Under the pieces are notes generated by a model, which was not told the origin of the DNA, ran no database searches, and saw only the letters and a program-made list of their open reading frames with translations. Position numbers and translations under genes: made by a program. Shown one piece after another: positions 43,820-54,191 of a stretch of DNA of 64,000 nucleotides. Positions within the stretch are counted from its first letter, which is position 1; each line of letters starts with the position of its first letter. Source of the DNA: a virus; IMG/VR virus record IMGVR_UViG_3300046804_002762, positions 1 to 64,000 of that record; one strand, given 5' to 3'.

Positions 43820-44716
43820 ATGAAGAACACTCACCTAGAACATCCTGAAGATAGCATCCTTACGGGTGATCTATCTGTGCTTGATTGGTTCTCTGAACCT
43901 GATAGTTCGATCAGTGTCAAGATAGATGGTGCTCCTGCCATAGTTTTTGGTACTGATCCTGAAACTGGTAAGTTTTTTGTGGGCACCAAGTCGGTATTCA
44001 ACAAGAAAAAGATTAAGGTTAATTATAGTATTGAAGACATTCTGCGGAATCACGGTAACACTGTTCGCGTTGCAGAGATTCTTATTGCCTGCTTCGACAA
44101 TCTGCCCCGAATTGATGGTATCATTCAAGGTGATTTCATTGGATACGGTGGAGACGACACTTATCGTCCCAACACTATCACTTACAAGTTTCCGAATTGT
44201 GTAGAGGAAGCAATTATCTTTGCTCCTCACACTACCTATTCTGGTCCTAATTTGCGTGAGTGTGTTGCATCTTTCGGTGCAGATGTCCCTGACTGTGAGA
44301 ATGTGAAATGGGTGCAACCTGAGGCATCTATTTGCCCTCATCGTGAGGATATTGAAGATGTGTGCAAGTTTGCTAAACAAATGAGCACTCTATGTGAGTT
44401 CGTAAGTAACAAACAAGTAGCAGAACTCAAAAAAGTCATCAATTCCTACATTCGTGAGGGTAAGGAGGTGGATGAGCATGAAATTGCAGAAAATTTCGAT
44501 GTTGATGTGAACCTGCTGCGACTGTGGAAGTTGGTGTATTCAATCAAGGTCGATTTGTTCTTCTTCATTGATGCTGACGACAGTATTTCGTGTGAGATTG
44601 GTGGAAGGGAGTCTGTTCACGAAGGTTTCGTAATGACCAACAAGTTTGGTACTTACAAAGTAGTTGACCGCGCAGAGTTTAGCAGACTCAATTTTACACT
44701 TGAAAAGAGTTGGTAA
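43820..44716 (+). CDS. DUF6267-like protein with ligase-type KxDG motif
   Basis: 'KNTHLEHPED..SVKIDGAPAIVFG..FFVGTKSVFNK..QGD..EGFV..KVVDR.EFS..NF'. Confidence 0.65.
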   Translation: MKNTHLEHPEDSILTGDLSVLDWFSEPDSSISVKIDGAPAIVFGTDPETGKFFVGTKSVFNKKKIKVNYSIEDILRNHGNTVRVAEILIACFDNLPRIDGIIQGDFIGYGGDDTYRPNTITYKFPNCVEEAIIFAPHTTYSGPNLRECVASFGADVPDCENVKWVQPEASICPHREDIEDVCKFAKQMSTLCEFVSNKQVAELKKVINSYIREGKEVDEHEIAENFDVDVNLLRLWKLVYSIKVDLFFFIDADDSISCEIGGRESVHEGFVMTNKFGTYKVVDRAEFSRLNFTLEKSW

Positions 44717-44745
44717 CTCTGGGGCCTTGAAAGTGTCCTTATAGT

Positions 44746-45513
44746 ATGAGCACTGCACAAAGTCAAATGATTAACCAAATCGCTGAAATGATTGTGGATG
44801 CTGCTAATGATCCACGCACCGCCGATAACATCCGCGAAATGCACAAACACCCACAAGGTGCAGAAACTTTGCGTCTGATTGTGCGTGATAATGTAGCAGG
44901 TGCTGCTGATGTAGTTGCTAATGCTCTCTGGAACAATCTCTGAAACTAAAATGACTACCACGTTCGCAGAATACGCTGCACAGAAAGATGCACAAAACAC
45001 AATCTATCTTAACATTGTTAAGTATGGTCTGATGCTATGTGATGCTCTGACCGCTGATGCGCCTGATAATTACTTCTATGAACTGGATAGTTCTGGTCGT
45101 AAGTATCATCGAATCTGGATGTACATTGGCGATCGTCGTGATAGCATCCACGCCTTTATTGATAAGAAAACAGGTTCAGTATTGAAACCTGCAAGTGTAA
45201 AGGCACCTGCAAAGGGTGAGCGTTACAATCTCCTCTCTATTCCTTCCCGCGAGAAGTGTCTTGAGAGTGCAGATTGGTCGGGTGGTTATCTTTACGCAAA
45301 ATGAACTACAAAGATCAACTGCTTCTTGAAATCAATCAAATCTGGCAGCAACTTACTGATGCTGGATGTAAAAATGCTGCTGATGGTGTAGATGCTGCGA
45401 TTGCTTCTGCAGGTAATGACCTGACTAAGATTATGGCAGCGCACGATTATGCTTGCTGGCATTTACAAGAACTGGAAAAAATGAGTTTGATTGATTCAAC
45501 AATTATTGAGTGA
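44746..45513 (+). other. Three small hypothetical ORFs (44746, ~44951, ~45301)
   Basis: ORF track. The first ORF begins at the terminal ATG of a repeat copy. Confidence 0.6.
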
Positions 45514-45519
45514 AATGAA

Positions 45520-46017
45520 TTACTCTAACATCATAACCTTTACATAACCTTTATGTGACTTTCTATTACCTTTTGCTACATTACATAGATGTGACTTTGA
45601 GAGATTATTCTCACGACAATACTTCGCAAGATTAGTAACTTCAATAACTTCTCCAGTTTCTTTAGTTAAAATCCAACTTTTTTCTGCTATTGTTCTACCT
45701 TCATTCTCAAACTTTTCTCTTTGAGATTTATTACCTTTCACTCCATTCTCTTTAACCTTATCTGGATTTTGTTCTCTCCACTTTTTACCACCTTCTAAAA
45801 TAACATCCATAAATGCTTTATTTCTTGCTCTTCTAAACTCTGGATTTTTTACATCACCTAAAATCATTTTGTAAGCACAAAAATCTTTATAATCTCCCAA
45901 CAACTTCCACTCACAAAAGTGAAACATAGCGTGTTGAGTTGGTGTTACTTCCACAAGATTTGTTGGGTCGTCGGTCCCACCTCTGTGTTTAGGAATGATG
46001 TGATGTTTGTGCTTCAT
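45520..46017 (-). CDS. HNH homing endonuclease (opposite strand)
   Basis: 'KHKHHIIPKHRGGTDDPTNLVEVTPTQHAMFH', a C-terminal NUMOD1-like region and a minus-strand TAAATA at 46045-40. Confidence 0.85.
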   Translation of the reverse strand: MKHKHHIIPKHRGGTDDPTNLVEVTPTQHAMFHFCEWKLLGDYKDFCAYKMILGDVKNPEFRRARNKAFMDVILEGGKKWREQNPDKVKENGVKGNKSQREKFENEGRTIAEKSWILTKETGEVIEVTNLAKYCRENNLSKSHLCNVAKGNRKSHKGYVKVMMLE

Positions 46018-46183
46018 TTTTAACCAAAGTTGCCATTATTATTTAGCACAATATTATGCTTTTGATAACACTACCGATCCTAAACTTCAACGCTTCATTT
46101 ATACGGAGATCAAAAAGATTCTCATTCAGCAAGGTAAATGGTGAGCAACAGTAACTCTGGGGCCTTGAAAGTGTCCCTATAGT

Positions 46184-47194
46184 ATGAGAACAACCACTGA
46201 AACCAAGATGAACACCAACATCGTCTCCGAAATCTACTCCTATCACACGAATTGGAAGGAGGGTAAAGTCAACCAGATGTGGATTCAGCAAGTGAATGAC
46301 AAGTTCATCGCTATTGCATACAATCCCGAAAAGAATGTTTCGATGCCTATGTCGAAACCCCGCACTTCCTACCAAGAGACTCTCAAATGGGTTCGCGGTT
46401 GGTGTGGTACTTTCTGCACACTTCCTGCCTGATTGATTATGCTAACCTCTGGAATCTTAGTCCTGGTTGCTTACTCTTTAGGAGCAGCACAAGTCCTTCT
46501 CGTCCAACACTTTCTTCGCAAATGAATAAACTCACTAAAGCACAAAAAGAGATTCTTCTCACTCTTGAGAATGGAGATGAAGTTCTCAACTGGTCTCAAC
46601 GGATGCGAGCACTTCAACCGCTGATTGATGCTGGTATTGTTTATATCAAAGAAACCAAAGATCCAAATGGTCATACAAACAGTGTAAGAGTCGCACTGGT
46701 TGATTGATGATGAAAAACTATCGCGTTCGTGTTGAAACTAACGATGGATGTGTGACGATTTGGTATGAGAAATCCAATGCAAAGACTGCGGACAAACTGA
46801 TACTCAATCGGGTATACAATCAACTCTGTGGTCTAAACATTAAAGAAATCTCTGTTAATCCCTCTGTCTGATCATGACTGACCTTCGTTATTCTACTGGT
46901 GAGGAACTTGAGCAGTTCTTGTATGAGAAATGTCGTGAAGATGCTGACCTTCTGGCAACTATCATCAGCGAATATGTGTCCTCTCTGAGTGATAGCAAAC
47001 TCTTTGAACTTGAGGACTTTCTTTCTAACAACTTTGGAGACGATTGAATTGTGAAATACGAAGTTAAAATGTATCAAGGTGGAAGAACTTTCGTTGAAGA
47101 AGTTTATGCTCCTGACCCCAAATCTGCAAGAGAGACTGCACAAGTTCGCAATCCTTCGTGTAAAGTTATTGGAGTAAATGTTTCTTTCAAGTAA
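46184..47194 (+). other. Cassette of ~5 small hypothetical ORFs
   Basis: Starts at repeat ATG 46184. The ORFs are packed. Confidence 0.55.
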
Positions 47195-47294
47195 TAAATA
47201 ATGATGCCTTAACTGACTCGCATCTTTAAGGTTGGAGAGGAGAAATCCTCTCCTTTTAGTATAAATAATACTGCGAGTCATTTCAAGAGCAGTT
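47195..47294 (+). promoter_or_regulatory. Endonuclease leader module (near-identical to 37492..37593)
   Basis: Same sequence and architecture with a few substitutions. Confidence 0.75.
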
Positions 47295-47828
47295 ATGCAA
47301 AAAGTAAGCGTTCAAGCATTGAACGAATGTTTCAATGTATCTGGCCCCGATTATGTTGAAATGCCTGAAGATTGGAAAGATGTTGGTAATGAGTATCTAT
47401 CAATTTTAGCAAGTAAAGCAGGTAAAATAAGTGCAGAAGTACAGAGAGAAAATCAAATAGGTATTTTTTCATTAACAAAAGAAGATAGGGTGAAAAATGG
47501 AAGAAAGGGAGGTTTAATTTCTGGAAATAATAATAAGAAAAACAAAACGGGTTTCTGTGGAAGAAGTAAAGAAAAGATGAGTATAGATGGTAGAAAAGCG
47601 GGAAAAATAGGAGGAAAAGTTAATGGCAAATTAACTTACGAAAATAAAACTGGTATTCACGGATTATCTAAAGAAGAAACAAAAAGAAATGCAAGTATGG
47701 GAGGAAAAGTAATAAGTTCTCAAAGATGGAAATGTTTAGTTACGGGATTTATTTCAACCGCTGGTGCATTAGGAAATTATCAAAAAGCAAGAGGAATTGA
47801 TACTTCGCAGAGAGTAAGAGTTGAATAA
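47295..47828 (+). CDS. Homing-endonuclease-related protein lacking an evident catalytic domain
   Basis: G(R/K)KGG repeats and C-terminal 'QRWKCLVTGFISTAGALGNYQKARGID', resembling HNH C-termini. No HNH or GIY-YIG motif is visible. Confidence 0.5.
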   Translation: MQKVSVQALNECFNVSGPDYVEMPEDWKDVGNEYLSILASKAGKISAEVQRENQIGIFSLTKEDRVKNGRKGGLISGNNNKKNKTGFCGRSKEKMSIDGRKAGKIGGKVNGKLTYENKTGIHGLSKEETKRNASMGGKVISSQRWKCLVTGFISTAGALGNYQKARGIDTSQRVRVE

Positions 47829-48694
47829 TACTCAATGCAACTTTCAAATAACAGTAACTCTGGGGCCTTCAAAGTGTCCCTATAGTATGAGCACAACCTT
47901 TTCCGTCCGATTCGATTCCAATGCACTCAATTCGCCTGAGTATATTGGACCTTTCTACACTGAAGATGAGGCACAAGATTATGCTGATGATCGCAACAGT
48001 TCGTTAGCATTATCAGGTGTTCCTTCAAGTGTAGCATTTTACTCTGTTGTTTCCTGATTATGAAGTTCATTGGTAACTGCATTAACTCTTTTGATGAGAA
48101 TGGTGATTGTATCATTCCTTCACTTCCATTCGCAAATGTTACAGAGTTCGCTCAACTTGTGGAAGAAAGTGATAATGTAGAGATTGGTGATTTCATTATT
48201 CAATACAACGAAGAAACCGACGTTCATTCATTCTACTTTAACTGATTATGTTGTTCCAAGTTACTGCAATCGAGTTTGATTACGATGAAGATGATGACTT
48301 TCCCGAGCATCAATTCTCAAACATTACCGATGAAACAATCGGTATGATTTGGGAAGCAGATGATGAAGATGATCTAGTTGAAGAGATTACTGCTGCAACA
48401 GGTTGGTGTATCAAATCTCTTGATTATCGCCACATTCTGAAATGATTTCCCTTCCTAATTTCACAAACAAAATGACATTCACTGATTCACTGATTTCACA
48501 AGGTTATGTCTTCGATGATGAGAATTATGATGGTTGTTATGTAAAGCAAGATGCTGATGGTTTCATTCACCTTTATCAGGAAAATGTGGATGATGAAACT
48601 GACACTCTCTGGAATTATGTAAAGATGACTGAGGATTATGATGTCATCGAAGAAAAGACTTTTGCTCCTAACTGCAACTAATTTCACAAACAAA

Positions 48695-48842
48695 ATGGAC
48701 CTTACTCAAGAACAATACGATTCGTCGAACTGTAGCAGTTGCAGGTCTTAAAAAGACTTTCCCACTTAACATTCACGGTCGTATTTACAACACTCAAAAG
48801 GAATATGATGATGCACTTGCTGACTTTATCAATGGTCTCTAA
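48695..48842 (+). pseudogene. Chimeric/frameshifted paralog of ORF 49086..49277
   Basis: ATG 48695 (MDLTQEQYD..) is out of frame with 'RTVAVAGLKKTFPLNIHGRIYNTQKEYDDALADFINGL*'. Compare 'RMVSDAGRQNVTYPRNIHGRIFETEADYKEALADFINGL*' in the intact gene. Confidence 0.7.
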
Positions 48843-50200
48843 TTCTAACTCTGGGGCCTTGAAAGTGTCCCTATAGTATGAACAACACTCCAATCGACTT
48901 CCAAACCGACATCACTCCTACACTTCTGGAGTTTATGTGCAACAATCACACTGATCTGAATGACTGTGTAGACTTTGTTTGCTGTCAATTTGATCTCGAT
49001 GCAACTGATGAGTTGATTGATCAGATTGCAGATGAGTTTGATGCTTTCTTCGGTAACTGATTCACACAAACACTTTTCCCACTAATTGAAACAAATGACA
49101 AACTACAATCCTTACGTTCAAAACCTGATTGAGATGGGTTACGATGAGCAAGACTGCCGTATGGTTTCTGATGCTGGTCGCCAGAATGTAACCTACCCTC
49201 GTAACATTCACGGTCGCATCTTTGAGACTGAAGCAGACTATAAAGAAGCACTTGCTGACTTCATCAATGGTCTGTAGAGTTAAAGTTACTCACCTCCAAA
49301 GTGTCCTAGTAGTATGAGCACTGACATCACCCCGATTATAAATCTATTTCAGGAGTTTGCATCTAATCTGCCTGATGGATTCTGGAAGTTTATTGTACTT
49401 CTCTTCCTTGTTTATGGATTAGGTGCTTTGATTGCATTTAATTCTTCTTCCAAAGACAACACAAGTCCTCTCTTCTGGGTTGACTTCTCTGATGATTCTG
49501 ACATCAACGGCGATTCCTGATTTCAAACTATGATCTACACTTCTCCTCTCACCTCTAAAGTCTATCAAATCGTTGAGACTTCACACACACGCAATGCCTG
49601 GGATGAGCAAGGCAATCTAACACCTTATCAGCAATCTGTCTTTGAGATCTATTATGAAGGACAGAAAGTGCAGTTTGCATTAACTGCTGAAGGTGTTGCT
49701 GCGAGTGTAGCACATCTTGAGAATCCTGGTCCTGATGTATCTTCCCGCTATGATTGATGGCAAGGAGACTAACACTTAAGAGTCCATCCCAAGTGAAAAC
49801 TATTGCCCTCATTTTTGCTGTTGCGTTTATACTCTCACCTGGAGTTCGCAACATCACCTCTAGCACATTACACACTGTAGCAAACATTATCTCACAACAA
49901 CAATGAGTTTCTCAACTGCTGAAATTACTGCTCTTAAATCATTGATAGAGTTTCATGATGATTGGGATGAAGTAAGTGAACTTATGGGCACTGATATAGA
50001 AGCATTGTACGAAAAAGTTTGTGAACTTGACACCAATGATTGAGACTGATTTTTACATTTTAAGTGGCGAACAATATCAAGAGTTTTATACCGAAGCACA
50101 GAAGATTGGTGTGACTATTGATTACTTTCTTGATGAGTTTTGTTATGTTGAAGGACCATACATTGTGAGTGATTAAGCAGCACATCTTTCTCACTAATTA

Positions 50201-50321
50201 ACACTTTCACTTTTTTCGACAATTTCACTGCGGGGGATGACCTAGACTGCCTGACAAGTGAAATCGCAAGTTTTTTCGGTTTTTGCTTGAGTGCTGGACT
50301 GGGATCTCAGCGAGACGCACC
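50201..50321 (+). repeat. ~121-bp non-coding element, homolog of 40741..40862 (inverted)
   Basis: See the alignment given for 40741..40862. Confidence 0.75.
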
Positions 50322-53094
50322 TGAGACTGAGACCTGATACCAGCAGCAGCGAGCAAATCCTACAAAGTAACACAAACTCTTCAGTGAATAACAGTAACTC
50401 TGGGGCCTTGAAAGTGTCCCTATAGTATGAGCACTTCCCAAATGATCCAAGATAACATCGATCGCATTCAAGATAGCATCAATCTGGCATCCAAACTTGC
50501 CCGAGACAATTATGATGCTCGCAATGGCATTATTGACCGCATGAGAATTGATTGGTCTGAACATGCACATCGTTTGACTTATATTGCAGGTGAGTGTTCG
50601 TATTACTTTCCTCTGCACAATCAGAACGGCGATAAGATTAACGAGGTGAAACTCTATTGTCGTTGCTCTCCTACTGTAAAAGGAGGAGTTCGCTTCTCTT
50701 ACACTCTGAACGGTAAGACTATTGCTCGCACCAAGATTGTGAATCGTTTGATTGAACTGGGAGTTTGAATTATGAATCTCTATATCATCAACGAAGTCCT
50801 GTCTGATTATACCTCTGGAATGGCAGTAATTGCTGCTGAGTCTAAGGAACACTGCCGCGAGTTGTTTATCGAAGAGTTTGGCGAATACTATGCTGATTGT
50901 TTCGATAAGGATGCAAAGTTCACTGTTATCGAAGGTGTAAATCATGTTGCTGGTGTGGTAGATTATGTGTACGGTGGAGGTTGATTCCTACCTCACTGCC
51001 AATTAAAGTTACTCACCTCCAAAGTGTCCTAGTAGTATGACAACCACTGAAATGACCAAAATGACTCAAACTCCCTCCGAACTTCTCTACAACGAAGCAC
51101 TCAACTTTCTGGTTAATTACTTCAATCATTTTGATAAAGAGGAACTTCAATTTTATGGCAAACTGTATGTGAGCGATATTGTCAACATTCTTGGATATGC
51201 GACCTTTGAAGATAATCTTAACACTGAGGTTGGTTATATTTCCAATGTGACGACTCTGAATCGTCTCCGCAATGAAATTGTCGATCGTTTCTATAACTAA
51301 CTATGACTGCATTTGTAACTCCCAAAAGCAAAAAAGCACAGAATCGTTTCTGTAACTTAATGAATCAAAATAATGAATGTATTGTTGAGCAACATCGAGG
51401 TGATAAGGTGTTTCTCACTTCTGCTAACGGTAAGTATCACTTTTGGGCGAATCTTAACCACGACAAAGACTGGAACATTGAGTTGAATTAAAGTAACTCT
51501 GGGGCCTTCAAAGTGTCCTAGTAGTATGAACATCACTGACCTCTTCGATTCCATCAAACTCTCTGAGCAACTTGCGCTCGAAAACTATCAGCAACGCAAC
51601 GGTGTTGTTGATTATCGTCTCGATGGAGTTTGTCATCACTACTTCGCAAAGTATGATCTGAATGGCACTCGCACTGGTGAGATTTGCCTCACCTGTAAAG
51701 TTTCCAAAACTGTAAAAGGTTCACTTCGTTATACTTTCCAGATCGACGGTAAGCGTATCGCAGAGAAGCAAATCCCTGCAGAGTTTAACCTTCTGGGTGC
51801 CTTCCGTAATTGAAACTCTGGGGACTTGAAAGTGTCCCTATAGTATAACCACAACGCTTCTCACAATGCGAGTCATCGAACGTCAAATGAATCAAGCAAT
51901 CTCCCAAGAGATTGATTGGAAAAAGGATAACACTGAAGTTATCAACATTGAAGGTGTAAGTTTCGTCTATCTGTATAGCAATCTGATTGCAATGGTAGGT
52001 GATACTTGGTTGGAATTGTTTGATGGTGGGCATAAGTCAGCAACCACCAAGTCTCGTCTTAATGCTATTCTGAAAGAGCATGGAAATAGCGAATACATCT
52101 ACCAGAAAAACTTCAACTGGTTTGTGTCTACCAAGTACGGTGATGTTCCTTTCAATGATGGCATCAAACTGAACTGAACTATGATGACTGATACCGACAA
52201 AGTGTTCGCACTAACTGAACTTCTCAATGACGTAATTCACACTCTTGAAATGAAACAGTATGACATCGAAGATGCTACTCTGTCTTATGAATGTGTGACT
52301 GATGCTGATAAGTTTCGCCAAAAGATGATCGACATTCTTTATCCCAACAAATGACAAAATCCTTCAAAAAGTTCATCTGGAAAGACTCTAACTCCGACCA
52401 AACAAAGGTTATTCTTGCCAGGTCAGAATACCAAGCAAGGAAACAAAACTTCGGCAATCTTGCTGGTTATCTTTACTCTCACTCTGTTCCTCTTAACTGA
52501 TGTTCACGATTCGTTATTTCACTCCTTATCAACAAGTCTGGAGAACGCAAAGTTTCTCTACATTAGAGGAAGCAAATCGTATGGTTGACTTCTATCGCTC
52601 TTGTGGATCTCCTGCTGAATTACTAACCAAATGACTGAACTTCAAAAAGATTCAATTCTTGCAAACATCGTTGAACAAGTACAATCTCGAATCACATATC
52701 TTGTCGAGCAAAATCTAATTGAAGAGTCTTATGCTCTGTATAAGGAATGGGAAGAACATCTAGACGATAATATCAGAGAACTTGAAATTATCACTGTTAT
52801 TGACCTCACTACAATTAACTGATTATGATTACTCTCACCACTGTTAATCTGCCTTTCATCATTAACAAGGAAAAGACCAAAGATGAGAAGCAAGAAGGTA
52901 TGTTTGCTCTCTACTTTTACAGTCGAAAGATTATACACAAGAACAGAGTAAGGTATAAGTTTGAACCTCTAAGATTCGATGGTAAGCAAGCACGTTTCAA
53001 GTCAAGAAAGGATGCCAAACGTTATGCTCAGTACCGATTAGGGATTGATTGATTATACTGTAGAGAGGGTACTTATACCCTCTTTTTTTATTGC

Positions 53095-53871
53095 TTACTG
53101 ATAGAACCAATAACAACCTTTCCAGGTATATTTGTGCGGATGTTTGAGTGATTTAGTACAACCACTATCTCCACCAGTGCCCAGTTCTCTCCCTGCTGCT
53201 CTTACACTTGGGAAGGCATATTTGATTTTATTTGTTACTTTATCTACGCCATAAATCGCATAACTTTTCTTTTTATCTTCCAACTTGATTATTCTGTGCC
53301 CCTTAACTTTCCATCCGTGTTTAATGTAACGATGAAGATTTGAAACTGCTATATCTAAACTCTCAGCACATTCTGTTATACTATCATAGTAAGTTTCTTC
53401 CAAGGTATCAACATTTATTGTTTTTACCTTAACTCTACTATGTTTACCATCACCTCTAATAGTAAAATTAGCACCACTTCTTTTCATTCCTTTTCTTATA
53501 TTTTCTATGTGCTCTGGTGTTTTCTCAACTCCAGTCATTGTGTCGCTTATTCTATCTTTTAGTTCGTCGCTTATTCTATACTGTCCTCCAGCACCTGATG
53601 TCTGATTGTAACCATTATTGTAGGAATTGTATTCACTAATCCAGTAAGTTTCTCTTTCATCAAGTATATCTGATGAACACTCTTCTATCACTCTTATGTT
53701 AAACTTATCTGCCCCATATTTGCGAAGAGATTTGTATAGTGGAGAGGGATTCATTCTCCTCGCTTCATATAGATGTTCTTTCCATCTTTTGTTCAGTTCA
53801 TTTATAGTTTGACCCACATAATACTTACCAGTTTCTTTATTGTAGATTGCGTAGATTATTCCTTGGTTCAT
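53095..53871 (-). CDS. GIY-YIG homing endonuclease (opposite strand) with NUMOD motifs
   Basis: 'GIIYAIYNKETGKYYVGQT..RWKEH..E..WISEYNSYNNGYN'. Confidence 0.9.
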   Translation of the reverse strand: MNQGIIYAIYNKETGKYYVGQTINELNKRWKEHLYEARRMNPSPLYKSLRKYGADKFNIRVIEECSSDILDERETYWISEYNSYNNGYNQTSGAGGQYRISDELKDRISDTMTGVEKTPEHIENIRKGMKRSGANFTIRGDGKHSRVKVKTINVDTLEETYYDSITECAESLDIAVSNLHRYIKHGWKVKGHRIIKLEDKKKSYAIYGVDKVTNKIKYAFPSVRAAGRELGTGGDSGCTKSLKHPHKYTWKGCYWFYQ

Positions 53872-54134
53872 TACTGATAAGACGCTCTAATAATATGTAT
53901 AAATAGCAGGTTTTTTACTGATAGATTGCTATACTAAACTGTGGAAAACTAAATGTAAAATAAAAGGTATAGTAGTTTGTTATACCGTTTGTATTATATT
54001 TGATAAATGTGAGTTCTTGTAGTGATCTTACCCGACGTTAGCACAGGACCGCACTTTTGTCAACCCCAGCGTCACAAAATCCCCACAATCCCCCCGCATA
54101 AAATCACCATCCCCTCATAAATACCCTCAAGACC

Positions 54135-54163
54135 TTGACACAAACTCCCAGGCATCTTACAAT
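54135..54163 (+). promoter_or_regulatory. Sigma70-like promoter
   Basis: TTGACA-17-TACAAT, followed by SD AGGAG and ATG 54192. Confidence 0.75.
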
Positions 54164-54191
54164 ACACTCATAACACACCAGGAGCGTACTT

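Larger units (their letters stand above)
47887..53052 (+). other. Cassettes of small early-type hypothetical ORFs (47887, 48060, 48248, 48472, 48878, 49095, 49314, 49530, 50427, 50772, 51037, 51303, 51526, 51866, 52631, 52825 and others)
   Basis: Packed ORFs, many starting at the ATG of a repeat copy. 50427 and 51526 share a C-terminal motif. Confidence 0.65.

Noticed and set aside
46821-46840. caactctgtggtct as a degenerate repeat copy
   Set aside because: It lies inside a small ORF and lacks the AAAGTGTCC..TAGT half.
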